From an uncultured candidate division Zixibacteria bacterium (lineage in GTDB: Bacteria > Zixibacteria > MSB-5A5 > UBA10806): a DNA stretch of 64,000 bases. Every line of letters starts with the position of its first letter. Within the stretch, counting starts at the first letter, position 1. The notes beneath the pieces were generated by a model. That model was not told where the DNA came from and did not search any database. It was given only the letters and a program-made list of their open reading frames with translations. The stretch lies in NCBI GenBank assembly GCA_963817915.1, contig CAWFQL010000017.1:320001-384000 (forward strand), read 5' to 3'. Position numbers and translations under genes: made by a program. This document shows, piece by piece, positions 18,743 to 28,258 of the stretch.

Positions 18743-21400
18743 ATGAAAGAAATTCCAAAAGCTTACGAGCCGCAACTCGCTGAAGAGAAATGGTATCCCC
18801 GTTGGATTAAGTCCGGATTATTCCATGGACAGCCCAATTCAACGAAAAAGCCATATTCGATTGTAATCCCCCCGCCTAATGTCACTGATGTTTTGCATAT
18901 TGGCCATGCGCTTAACACGACTCTGCAGGATATTCTGATACGTTGGAAGAGATCGCGAGGGTATGAGGCGGAATGGGTGCCAGGGGTTGATCATGCGGGT
19001 ATCGCTACTCAGGTTGTAGTCGAAAAAAATCTGGCTAAAGAAGGGATATCCCGCCAAAAAATAGGGCGCGATAAATTTGTCAAACGTGTATGGGAATGGA
19101 AAGAGCAAAAATTTAATAGAATTATCGATCAGCTCAAACGAATCGGCTGCAGCTGCGACTGGGAAAGAACTCGTTTTACCATGGACGAGGGCCTCTCGCG
19201 GGCAGTGCTGGAAGTGTTCGTAACCCTGTATGAAGAGGGGTTGATTTACCGCGGCAACCGCCTGATTAATTGGTGTCCGCGATGCCTGACATCATTATCG
19301 GATGACGAACTCGAAAGAGAAGAAATCGATTCTCATTTATGGTATATCAAATACAAGATTAAAGGCCTCGATGAATACCTCGAAGTCGCCACCACTCGTC
19401 CAGAGACGATGCTCGGCGATACTGCTCTGGCGGTCAATCCCCACGATAGAAAATACCGAAAATTGGTGGGGAAAACGGCTATACTGCCCATCTTGGATCG
19501 TGATCTAATTATCGTCGCAGATGACTATGTCGATGTCGATTTCGGCACCGGCGTTGTTAAGATAACCCCGGCGCATGATCAAAACGATTTCGAAGTCGCG
19601 GAACGGCATTCATTGCCCAAGATTAATATTCTCAATCCCGATGGTTCATTAAATGAAAATGCCGGGAAATTCGCCAAAATGGATCGTTATGAAGCCCGCA
19701 CAAAAATCGTGGCTGAGCTTAAAGAACGTGGTCTATTAGAAAAGGTCGAGGAATATAAGCTATCAGTATCGACATGCTATCGCTGTCATACAGTTATAGA
19801 ACCATATCTTTCGGAGCAATGGTTTGTGAAGATGAAACCATTGGCCGAACCTGCAATTGCGGCGTTGAAAAATAACGAGCTCAAGTTCCATCCCGAACAT
19901 TGGGGCAAAACCTATCTCTACTGGCTTGAGAATATTCGAGATTGGTGCATTTCCCGTCAGCTTTGGTGGGGCCATCGAATACCAGCATATTATTGCAAGG
20001 AATGCAATGAAATTGTTGTCGCGCGGCAGGCTCCCAAAGAATGTCCCAAATGCCATTCGACCAAAATCGAACAAGACCCCGATGTGCTCGATACCTGGTT
20101 TTCGTCATGGCTGTGGCCATTTTCGACTCTTGGATGGCCTGATAAAACTCCCGAATTCGAGAAATTTTTCCCGACCGGATCTCTTTTTACAGCCTCCGAA
20201 ATAATTTATCTCTGGGTTGCCCGAATGATAATGGCGTCATACAAATTTACCGGTAAATTGCCATTTTCAGATGTCTATATTCACGGGACAGTCAGAGATG
20301 CCGACGGAATCAAGATGTCGAAAACCCTTGGTAATGGGATCGATCCTATCGAGATTATTAATAAATACGGAGCGGACGCTCTTAGAATATCATTGGTGCT
20401 CGCCACTCCCGAGGGACAGGATTCCTCAATCTCGGAAAAAAGCTTTGAATCCGGTAGAAACTTCGCAAATAAACTATGGAATGCCTCACGATTTGTAATA
20501 TCGAATTTTGGCGATAATGCGCCGGATTTTACAAGCACTCCAAATCCAGAAGAATTCGAATTGGCAGACGCCTGGATTGTATCACGTCTTTCCAAGACTA
20601 TCGGACAGATTGATAATTATCTTTCAGGTTTCAGATTTAATACAGCCGCCCACGCCGCATATGATTTTATTTGGAAGGATTATTGCGATTGGTATCTCGA
20701 AATGATCAAGCCGCGGCTGGCATATGATGCTCCCGAGGAAATGAAGCAGAAGGCTCGAAAGGTCTCTGGATACGTGCTAATGCAGATTTTGAAAATGCTT
20801 CATCCGGTCATGCCATTCGTGACCGAAGAAATCTACCATCTGATGCCTAATGTCAAAGACACTGATTTCCTGAATGATCTCGGGTGGCCGGAGCCGATTA
20901 TCAAATTTATCAATGATAAACTCGAAAGAGATTTCGAAATTATCCAGAGTGTATTGGGGGCGATTCGCAATATCAGGGCGGAGATGGATGTTCCTCCGGG
21001 GAAAAAGGCCGATGTCTTTGTAAAAGTCAATGATGATAAGATCAATTCGATTCTAAATGAACAAAAAGCTCAGCTTGTCGCGTTAGGGAGGATCAACGAG
21101 TTAGTCATCGGGACAGATTTGAAAAAGCCCCCGTTATCGGCCTCATCTGTTATTCCCTTTGGCGAAATATTTATCCCCCTGCAAGGATTGATCGATCTTG
21201 ATGCCGAGAAGAAAAGGCTGAATAAGGAACTCGAAAAACAATCGCAATTTCTCGAGCGTATCGCGAAGAAACTGTCCAATACCGATTTTCTTGACCGTGC
21301 ACCCGCCGATGTTATTCAGACGGAGCGAGATAAACAGAAGCAGATTGAAGATAGTATCGAAAAACTGAATAAAAATCTTGAATCGCTCTCTGGTTGGTAG
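18743..21400 (+). CDS. valS: Valine--tRNA ligase
   Basis: 885 aa. PPPNVT..LHIGHA, DHAGIATQ, DWCISRQLWWGH, KMSKT and a C-terminal coiled coil. Confidence 0.98.
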   Translation: MKEIPKAYEPQLAEEKWYPRWIKSGLFHGQPNSTKKPYSIVIPPPNVTDVLHIGHALNTTLQDILIRWKRSRGYEAEWVPGVDHAGIATQVVVEKNLAKEGISRQKIGRDKFVKRVWEWKEQKFNRIIDQLKRIGCSCDWERTRFTMDEGLSRAVLEVFVTLYEEGLIYRGNRLINWCPRCLTSLSDDELEREEIDSHLWYIKYKIKGLDEYLEVATTRPETMLGDTALAVNPHDRKYRKLVGKTAILPILDRDLIIVADDYVDVDFGTGVVKITPAHDQNDFEVAERHSLPKINILNPDGSLNENAGKFAKMDRYEARTKIVAELKERGLLEKVEEYKLSVSTCYRCHTVIEPYLSEQWFVKMKPLAEPAIAALKNNELKFHPEHWGKTYLYWLENIRDWCISRQLWWGHRIPAYYCKECNEIVVARQAPKECPKCHSTKIEQDPDVLDTWFSSWLWPFSTLGWPDKTPEFEKFFPTGSLFTASEIIYLWVARMIMASYKFTGKLPFSDVYIHGTVRDADGIKMSKTLGNGIDPIEIINKYGADALRISLVLATPEGQDSSISEKSFESGRNFANKLWNASRFVISNFGDNAPDFTSTPNPEEFELADAWIVSRLSKTIGQIDNYLSGFRFNTAAHAAYDFIWKDYCDWYLEMIKPRLAYDAPEEMKQKARKVSGYVLMQILKMLHPVMPFVTEEIYHLMPNVKDTDFLNDLGWPEPIIKFINDKLERDFEIIQSVLGAIRNIRAEMDVPPGKKADVFVKVNDDKINSILNEQKAQLVALGRINELVIGTDLKKPPLSASSVIPFGEIFIPLQGLIDLDAEKKRLNKELEKQSQFLERIAKKLSNTDFLDRAPADVIQTERDKQKQIEDSIEKLNKNLESLSGW

Positions 21401-21451
21401 AAATATCCCCTCTAAAGTCATAACTATCATAATTTGGACTGGAAAAAACAC

Positions 21452-21480
21452 TTGCTCGTTAAAAATATTTAGGATATGTT
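21452..21480 (+). promoter_or_regulatory. Putative sigma70 promoter for the DUF4139-TPR unit
   Basis: TTGCTC-N17-TATGTT, with an AGGAGG RBS before ATG 21539. Confidence 0.5.
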
Positions 21481-21538
21481 GGAATTTATTCGATCTTGGA
21501 ACGTATTGTTAGTAAATGTTCTAAGACAGGAGGAACGT

Positions 21539-22915
21539 ATGAAACGAACGGTGTTTTTTGTATTTATCGCAAGCATTGCAATTGCAGCCCAGGGAATTTG
21601 CGAAGAAGTAGCCTTGACCATTTATAATCAAAACCTTGGCCTCGTAAAACAAACACAAAGCCTCGATTTCAAAAAAGGTATTGCTCCGGTAAAATTTGAC
21701 GATGTCGCATCATCGATTGATCCGACCTCCGTGCATATCAATGTCAAAAAAAGCGGCATATCGATTCTCGAACAAAATTACCAATATGACCTTGTCGGAA
21801 CCCAGAAGATGATGCAGCGTTACCTGGGAACATCAATCAGCGTAATTACCAAGAGCGGAGATATTCGCAAAGGGAATCTGCTTTCATTCGATGGTAAATA
21901 TATTATACTTGAAAATGAGTCTGGAGAAATTACGATAACTAATGCTGATCTTGTAGTTGATTACCGTTTTGGCTCGCTGCCCGAGGGACTTATCCTAAAA
22001 CCGACTCTTGTATGGATGGCAGAGTCTGAAAGCAATCAAAAATCCGATTGTGAGGTTAGCTACCTTACTGATGGCCTCAACTGGCATGCCGAATACGTAG
22101 CGGTGGTCGATAAAGAGGACAAGAATCTTAATCTATCCGGCTGGGTGTCTATCGAAAATCTCAGCGGCGCCACATATAAAGACGCATCGCTAAAATTGGT
22201 AGCCGGGACAGTAAATAGAATTCAGCCGGATCAGCCTCATATCAGACTTGAAAGGGATTTGCTGATGTCCGCAAAGGCTGCTCCCCAATTTCAGGAAGAA
22301 TCGTTCTTTGAATATCATTTATATACCCTAAATCGCCGGGCTACAGTTGCCAACAACGAGACCAAGCAGCTTTCGCTTTTCCCTGAAACCGGAACTCCGG
22401 CAACCAAAGTTTATACTGTAGAAAATCAGTCGTATTACTGGGATGATTCTCAGAACAAGCCTAAGGTTCGGGTCAATATGGAATTTACCAATTCCGAAAA
22501 ACTCGGATTGGGAATGCCATTGCCAAAGGGAAAGATTCGTGTCTATAAGGCCGATAGCCAGGGCGACCTTCAATTTATTGGCGAGGATGAGATTGACCAT
22601 ACTCCTAAGGACGAAAAAGTGCGCGTATATCTCGGCGAGGCGTTCGATATAACCTGCGAAAGAACAAGGGCGAATGTCGAGACGATCGGGCCGAATCATC
22701 AAAAAATTAGTTATGAAATAAAATTGAAAAATCATAAGAATAATGACATTGTTGTCACGGTGATCGAGGATACGCCCGGTTGGTATGAATGGAAGATAGA
22801 AAAATCAAATCTCGAATATAAAAAGGTCAGCGCTTATAAAGTAGAATTTCAGGTACCCGTCAAATCAAATGGCGATAATACAATGACATATACAATAGAA
22901 AGCTGGTGGAGGTAA
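21539..22915 (+). CDS. DUF4139 domain secreted protein
   Basis: Start moved to MKRTVFF (AGGAGG RBS, signal peptide). Motifs LTIYNQNLGLV, SYLT.GLNW.AEY, YHLYTL and GLGMPLPKG. Confidence 0.85.
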   Translation: MKRTVFFVFIASIAIAAQGICEEVALTIYNQNLGLVKQTQSLDFKKGIAPVKFDDVASSIDPTSVHINVKKSGISILEQNYQYDLVGTQKMMQRYLGTSISVITKSGDIRKGNLLSFDGKYIILENESGEITITNADLVVDYRFGSLPEGLILKPTLVWMAESESNQKSDCEVSYLTDGLNWHAEYVAVVDKEDKNLNLSGWVSIENLSGATYKDASLKLVAGTVNRIQPDQPHIRLERDLLMSAKAAPQFQEESFFEYHLYTLNRRATVANNETKQLSLFPETGTPATKVYTVENQSYYWDDSQNKPKVRVNMEFTNSEKLGLGMPLPKGKIRVYKADSQGDLQFIGEDEIDHTPKDEKVRVYLGEAFDITCERTRANVETIGPNHQKISYEIKLKNHKNNDIVVTVIEDTPGWYEWKIEKSNLEYKKVSAYKVEFQVPVKSNGDNTMTYTIESWWR

Positions 22916-22916
22916 A

Positions 22917-23942
22917 ATGAAAAGGTTATTTTTAATCATGGTGATGATGCTGGCGGTCGCTTTAATCATATCAGGATGCCAGAATAAATATATCACATCC
23001 GGCAAAATTGCCATGAATACCAAAAATTATGACAAAGCCATACAAGATTTTAACCTTGCGATTGGCCAGGATTCATTAAATGCTGAATCTCATTTTCTCT
23101 TAGGTACATGCTACAAGGAAAAAGGCAATACCGCTCAAATGCTGGCGGAATTTGACGCCGCCGCCCGTTTAAGTCCAAAATACAAAGAAGAAGCAACTAA
23201 ATACCGAGGCGATGCTTGGACAGCGGCATTTAATAGCGGCGTAAAATTAGCAAAAGACGGCAAATTAGATTCTGCAATGGCTGATTTTCGGAGTTGCATC
23301 GTGTTGATGCCCGAACGGTATGAAGGATATACAAATACAGGTTTTGTATGGCAACAGCTCAAAAATGATGATTCAGCCTATGTATATTATACGAAAGCCT
23401 ATTCCTTAGAGCCTAAGAATGTTAAACTCTTGGAAAATTACGCCGGACTCTGTTTTACTCTAAAGAAATACGATCAGGCAGATACAATTTATTCCAAGAT
23501 CCTGGAAATGGACCCCTCCAACGCTGAGGCTATGGCCAGACGGGGAGCAATTGCAGAGGAAAATAAGGAATATGAAAAAGCCGCTGACTTCTATATCAGC
23601 GCCCTAAAAATTGTCCCTGATAATTGCGATATCTGGTTTAATCTCGGTATTGTCTATTTCCAGAAACTAAAACAAAATAATAAAGCTGAAGACGCATTCA
23701 ATCAAGCTGTTCAGAAATGCCCAACAGATGTAAATGCTAAAGTAAACCTAAATGTCGTGCTTGTTTCTGAAGCCAAATATGATGAAGCCCTGAAAAATCT
23801 TTTGACCTTAACTCAGGAAAACCCCACCGAATGCACCGGCTGGGATCTTATTTCCCAGGTCTATACTCTTAAAGGCGACAAGAAATCGGCCGCAGAAGCA
23901 TATAAAAAATATCAGGATTGCACTACTAATCAGCCGAAGTAA
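22917..23942 (+). CDS. TPR-repeat lipoprotein
   Basis: Lipobox IISGC followed by multiple TPR motifs. Confidence 0.85.
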   Translation: MKRLFLIMVMMLAVALIISGCQNKYITSGKIAMNTKNYDKAIQDFNLAIGQDSLNAESHFLLGTCYKEKGNTAQMLAEFDAAARLSPKYKEEATKYRGDAWTAAFNSGVKLAKDGKLDSAMADFRSCIVLMPERYEGYTNTGFVWQQLKNDDSAYVYYTKAYSLEPKNVKLLENYAGLCFTLKKYDQADTIYSKILEMDPSNAEAMARRGAIAEENKEYEKAADFYISALKIVPDNCDIWFNLGIVYFQKLKQNNKAEDAFNQAVQKCPTDVNAKVNLNVVLVSEAKYDEALKNLLTLTQENPTECTGWDLISQVYTLKGDKKSAAEAYKKYQDCTTNQPK

Positions 23943-23959
23943 CGGCGAATGAGTAATTT

Positions 23960-24008
23960 AAGGCAGTTTGTTCGCGGTTTTCGGCGGGCGAGCTGCCTTT
24001 ACATTTTT
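23960..24008 (+). terminator. Long hairpin with G-U pairs between the TPR gene and priA
   Basis: AAGGCAGTTTGTTCGC-GGTTTTCG-GCGGGCGAGCTGCCTT forms a 16-bp stem with four G-U pairs, followed by TACATTTTT. Confidence 0.6.
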
Positions 24009-24023
24009 AGGAACCATATCTAA

Positions 24024-26471
24024 ATGTTCGCGAATGTCGCTCTGCCAGTGCCTCATCGAGATTATTTTACCTACATCATCCCGGAATCGATGAAAGGGAT
24101 AATCGTTCGGGGCATGCTCGTAAATGTGCCATTTGGCAATCAGACAATTATTGGAATGGTCATTTCCGTAAGCGACAAAATTGATCATCCGGTTGAAAAA
24201 ATTAAATCCATAATAGCGTTGGGCGATCCGGAATTAAGATTGTCCGATGAGATGATAGAGTTTGTCTCGATTGTCGCGGATTATTATATCACTACTCCCG
24301 GAATGGTGTTAAAAGCGGCCCTTCCGCCGAGCACCTTGCAACGGAAAAAAGCCTATTATTACCCGGGACTAATAAATTCAGATGCCGATTTCGGCGCAGG
24401 CATAATTGAATTTCTAAACGCCATCCGAGACAATCCCGGCAAAATCTCTCATGATGATTTAAGGCGTTACAAAGGAATTTCCCGCACCGAAGTTGACGAC
24501 CTAATTCAAAGGGGTGCCATTTCGCTTTCAAGTCATATGGCCGGTTCTTCTCAATCGAAAAAGGGCAAGGAAAAATGGATCAGAGCGAAATTGGAGCCTG
24601 TGCCCGCAAGTATTAAATTTACGCCAAAGGCTGAGTTGTTATTGAATCATATTAAGGAATTTTCGGAAGGAATTAAGGTCTCATCGCTCGAAGAAGATGG
24701 TTTTTCGCTTTCTACAGTATCGACCCTTATTAAGAAGAATCTAGCTGAATTTTATTTAATAGATAAAAAGCTGGCAGATACCGGGCATTTGAGATCCATA
24801 AAAGACGGACCCGTAGTAGAATTAACATTATGGCAGCAAGCGGCTCTCCACAAAATAGAAACCGCCATCTATGAAAATAAATACAAAGGCTTTCTCCTTT
24901 ACGGTGTGACATCATCGGGCAAGACACAGATATACCTGGAAGCGGCTCAAAGGGCGTTAGGACTGGGGAAATCGGTTCTCGTGTTAGTACCCGAAATATC
25001 ATTGACCCCTCAGATAATCACCCGCTTCGAGAAATTCATCGGAGTGCCCCCATTAATATGGCATTCTCATCTAACAGCAACCGAACGGTTATCGATCTAT
25101 AAGCAGGCCAATTCAGGGGAAAAATGTCTTATGATTGGCGCGCGATCCGCCATTTTTGCTCCCTTAAAGAATTTAGGCCTGATTGTCGTGGATGAAGAAC
25201 AGGATCATTCATACAAGCAGGATGATCCCTCACCGCGGTATAACGCTCGCGATATGGCGTTGGAGCGAGGTCGACTATCTAATTGTGCAGTTTTGTTGGG
25301 TTCCGCCACGCCATCGCTTGAATCGTATCATAAGACTCGTAATGGCGAACTTGAACTTTTGACATTACCTCAAAGGATCGCGGGGAAGAGCAGTCCGAAA
25401 GTCGAGATAATTTCTACGGCCAGAAAACCGGAATTATCGCCTGCTGAAGTCCCGGTGATCCCCAAAGGATTTTGGCCTGTTACGGAGCGGCTGTACCAGG
25501 AAATTTCAATTAGACTGAAAAAGAAAGAGCAGGTAATAATTCTTCTAAATCGCCGTGGGTATTCTTCCGCGGTTGTCTGTTTCGAATGCGGCTGGGTAGG
25601 GAAATGTCCTGATTGCGAAATTGGATGGACCTATCACAAAACCAAAGACAGGATGATCTGCCATTTCTGCGGCAAAGAGCAAAAAGGTCTTTCGGCTTGC
25701 CCTAATTGCAATTCCACCCGCCTGAGCTTTAGAGGCGCGGGTACGCAGAGGCTTGAAGAAACTTTGAAAAAAATACTGCCATCAGCAAGGACAGTCCGAC
25801 TCGATTCCGATGTAGCATCATCCAAATGGGAAAGCCGTGATATTCTCGATGATTTTGGACAGGGGAAATATCAGATCCTTTTAGGGACTCAGATGGTTGC
25901 CAAGGGGCATCATTTCCCCAGAGTCAGCCTCGTAGCCATAATTAATGCCGATATCGGTTTATCATTACCTGATTTCAGGGCTAGCGAACGAGTCCTTCAA
26001 TTGCTCACTCAGGCATCCGGACGAGCGGGCCGTTCAATGGGAAAGGGCGATCCCGGGGCGGTCGTTGTGCAATGTTTCTCTTCGGACGACCCCGTCTTTG
26101 GTTATCTTACCGCCGATAATTACACGGGCTTTCTGGAAAATGAGGCAAAAATACGATCGGCGCTCGGCTATCCGCCGTTCAAGAGATTGGCACAGATAAT
26201 GGTGTCGTCATCCAATTCCACGAGAGCTTCCAATGTTGCCTCCAGCCTGAAGGATGAATTACTTTCGAATATAGTCGATACTGGTATTGGCATATTGGGT
26301 CCGGCCCAGGCGTCAATATTCAAAAGAGGCAACCAATATAGATATCAGCTATTAATGAAAATTGATTTGGGCTTAAATCCTAATCTGATATTTAAAAAAA
26401 TGGATAATTATATAAATAGTCTAAAAGGTGTGACCGTAAGAATCGATATCGACCCGGTATCTTTTGACTGA
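24024..26471 (+). CDS. priA: Primosomal protein N' (replication restart helicase)
   Basis: GVTSSGKT, VPEISLTPQ, DEEQ..SYKQ, four CxxC zinc pairs, GTQMVAKG, LPDFRASER and DIDP. Confidence 0.96.
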   Translation: MFANVALPVPHRDYFTYIIPESMKGIIVRGMLVNVPFGNQTIIGMVISVSDKIDHPVEKIKSIIALGDPELRLSDEMIEFVSIVADYYITTPGMVLKAALPPSTLQRKKAYYYPGLINSDADFGAGIIEFLNAIRDNPGKISHDDLRRYKGISRTEVDDLIQRGAISLSSHMAGSSQSKKGKEKWIRAKLEPVPASIKFTPKAELLLNHIKEFSEGIKVSSLEEDGFSLSTVSTLIKKNLAEFYLIDKKLADTGHLRSIKDGPVVELTLWQQAALHKIETAIYENKYKGFLLYGVTSSGKTQIYLEAAQRALGLGKSVLVLVPEISLTPQIITRFEKFIGVPPLIWHSHLTATERLSIYKQANSGEKCLMIGARSAIFAPLKNLGLIVVDEEQDHSYKQDDPSPRYNARDMALERGRLSNCAVLLGSATPSLESYHKTRNGELELLTLPQRIAGKSSPKVEIISTARKPELSPAEVPVIPKGFWPVTERLYQEISIRLKKKEQVIILLNRRGYSSAVVCFECGWVGKCPDCEIGWTYHKTKDRMICHFCGKEQKGLSACPNCNSTRLSFRGAGTQRLEETLKKILPSARTVRLDSDVASSKWESRDILDDFGQGKYQILLGTQMVAKGHHFPRVSLVAIINADIGLSLPDFRASERVLQLLTQASGRAGRSMGKGDPGAVVVQCFSSDDPVFGYLTADNYTGFLENEAKIRSALGYPPFKRLAQIMVSSSNSTRASNVASSLKDELLSNIVDTGIGILGPAQASIFKRGNQYRYQLLMKIDLGLNPNLIFKKMDNYINSLKGVTVRIDIDPVSFD

Positions 26472-26476
26472 TTTTC

Positions 26477-26505
26477 TTGATAATATCACCCAATGATGCT
26501 AAATT
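26477..26505 (+). promoter_or_regulatory. sigma70 promoter of the HD-purM-gpmI-lnt-porZ operon
   Basis: TTGATA-N17-TAAATT with an extended -10 TG. Confidence 0.6.
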
Positions 26506-26552
26506 AAGTGATTGCTATGAATCGCCAGCATCACTGAAAGGAATAAAGATTA

Positions 26553-27212
26553 ATGATCACAGTAGACGATGTCAAAAAAAACAAAACGGTTACCAGGCTT
26601 ATTGAAAAGGCCGATGAAGTCCTGGCTGTCATAGGTTATACCGAGCATGGCCAAAGACATTGTTCGTTGGCGGCTAATATTGCCTATAATATCATGATAA
26701 GATTAGGCAAAGGTGAAAAAAAGGGACAATTGGCCGCAATTGCCGGATATATGCATGATATCGGAAATCTTATCAATCGCGATTTTCACGCCCAAACAGC
26801 AGCTGTCATGGCGTTTTCGCTCTTGAAGGATATGGGGATGGAAATATCCGACATTCTGGAAGTTATCGCCGCTATCGGAAATCACGATGAACGTGACGGC
26901 TATCCAGTTTCGGATGTCGCCGCCGCTGTAATACTTGCTGATAAATCCGACGTCCATAGCTCTCGAGTACGAAATCTTGACATGATCAATGTAGATATCC
27001 ATGACCGCGTAAACTACGCCGCCAAATCATCATTTTTGCGTATCGATGAGGCCAATAAGAAGGCTGCATTGGAAATTACAATCGATACTTCGGTTTCGCA
27101 AGTTATGGAATATTTCGAGATATTTCTATCAAGAATGATTGTCTGCCGCCGCGCTGCGGATTTTCTCGGGCTGAAATTTGAGCTTGAGATTAACGGCAAC
27201 AAACTATTATAG
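26553..27212 (+). CDS. HD-domain metal-dependent phosphohydrolase
   Basis: GYTEHGQRH, MHDIGN, IGNHDE and ILADKSD. Confidence 0.88.
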   Translation: MITVDDVKKNKTVTRLIEKADEVLAVIGYTEHGQRHCSLAANIAYNIMIRLGKGEKKGQLAAIAGYMHDIGNLINRDFHAQTAAVMAFSLLKDMGMEISDILEVIAAIGNHDERDGYPVSDVAAAVILADKSDVHSSRVRNLDMINVDIHDRVNYAAKSSFLRIDEANKKAALEITIDTSVSQVMEYFEIFLSRMIVCRRAADFLGLKFELEINGNKLL

Positions 27213-27220
27213 TAAGAATC

Positions 27221-28258
27221 ATGAAAAGCAAAAATAGTTACGCCCAATCGGGGGTAGATATTGACCTGGCGGACAGGACAAAGATCCGTCTGGGCGACAT
27301 AGTTCGTGAGACATTCACCGAGCGGGTTATCGGGGATTTCGGTAATTTCGGCTCTATGTTTTCATCAAAAGGTTTTGGTGGCAAAGACATGGTTTTGGTT
27401 TCATCTGCCGATGGTGTCGGCACCAAGCTCAAGGTGGCATTCCAGGCTAATCGCCACGATACTGTCGGACATGACCTGGTAAATCATCTTGCCAATGATA
27501 TTCTATGTCTCGGAGCAAAGCCATTATTTTTCATGGATTATATTGGTCTGGGCAAAATGGACGACGAAGTGGTCGCGTCAATTGTGAACGGCATGGCGCA
27601 GGGTTGTAAAGAGAACGGATGCGCTCTGGTTGGCGGTGAAACTGCTGAAATGCCCGGATTTTATTCCCCCGGTGAATATGATCTTGCCGGGTTTATGGTT
27701 GGCTTGGCGGACAAGAAATTTATTCCGAAACCAAAATCACTCAAAGCGGGTGATGTTCTTATAGGGATGTCATCAAGCGGATTGCATACCAATGGTTACT
27801 CGCTTGCCAGAAAGGCGTTTTTTGAAATCGGGAATATGTCGCTCGATGATATTATACCTGAGACCAAAACTAAATTAGGCGATGAACTGCTAAAAATTCA
27901 CAGGTCATATTCGAAGGATATATATCCATTCATAAAAAACAAACTATTCAAAAGCGTAGCGCATATTACCGGTGGAGGATTTGAGGGCAATATATCGAGG
28001 ATATTGCCTCCAGATTTGGATGCTGTAATTGACACGTCATTTTGGAATCCGCCGGGCATATTTAGAGCGATCCAGAGATTGGCCAATGTTGAAACCGAGG
28101 AAATGCTTCGTGTGTTTAATATGGGGATAGGGTTGGTAGCGGTAGTCCGACCCAAGGATATTCCTTATATAAGAAAAATTATGAGAGCCCCGGATTTTGA
28201 AGTTGTCCCTGTAGGAGGGTTGATAGCGGGTACCGGCAAAGTCATGCTAAAAATATGA
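27221..28258 (+). CDS. purM: Phosphoribosylformylglycinamidine cyclo-ligase (AIR synthetase)
   Basis: YAQSGVDID, DGVGTKL, GGETAEMPG, SSGLHTNGYSL, HITGGG and FNMGIG. Confidence 0.97.
   Translation: MKSKNSYAQSGVDIDLADRTKIRLGDIVRETFTERVIGDFGNFGSMFSSKGFGGKDMVLVSSADGVGTKLKVAFQANRHDTVGHDLVNHLANDILCLGAKPLFFMDYIGLGKMDDEVVASIVNGMAQGCKENGCALVGGETAEMPGFYSPGEYDLAGFMVGLADKKFIPKPKSLKAGDVLIGMSSSGLHTNGYSLARKAFFEIGNMSLDDIIPETKTKLGDELLKIHRSYSKDIYPFIKNKLFKSVAHITGGGFEGNISRILPPDLDAVIDTSFWNPPGIFRAIQRLANVETEEMLRVFNMGIGLVAVVRPKDIPYIRKIMRAPDFEVVPVGGLIAGTGKVMLKI

Noticed and set aside
21498..21524. Possible ECF/sigmaE-like promoter GGAAC...TCTAA (similar TGAAAC element at 6623)
   Set aside because: The motif is short with imperfect spacing and cannot be distinguished from chance without the cognate sigma factor.
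21476..21538. Longer start for the DUF4139 gene
   Set aside because: It overlaps the predicted -10 element. AGGAGG and the signal peptide support 21539.
24890..25220. PriA motif variants GVTSSGKT and DEEQ as signs of an inactive helicase
   Set aside because: Both variants occur in other PriA proteins as far as I recall, and all remaining motifs are intact.
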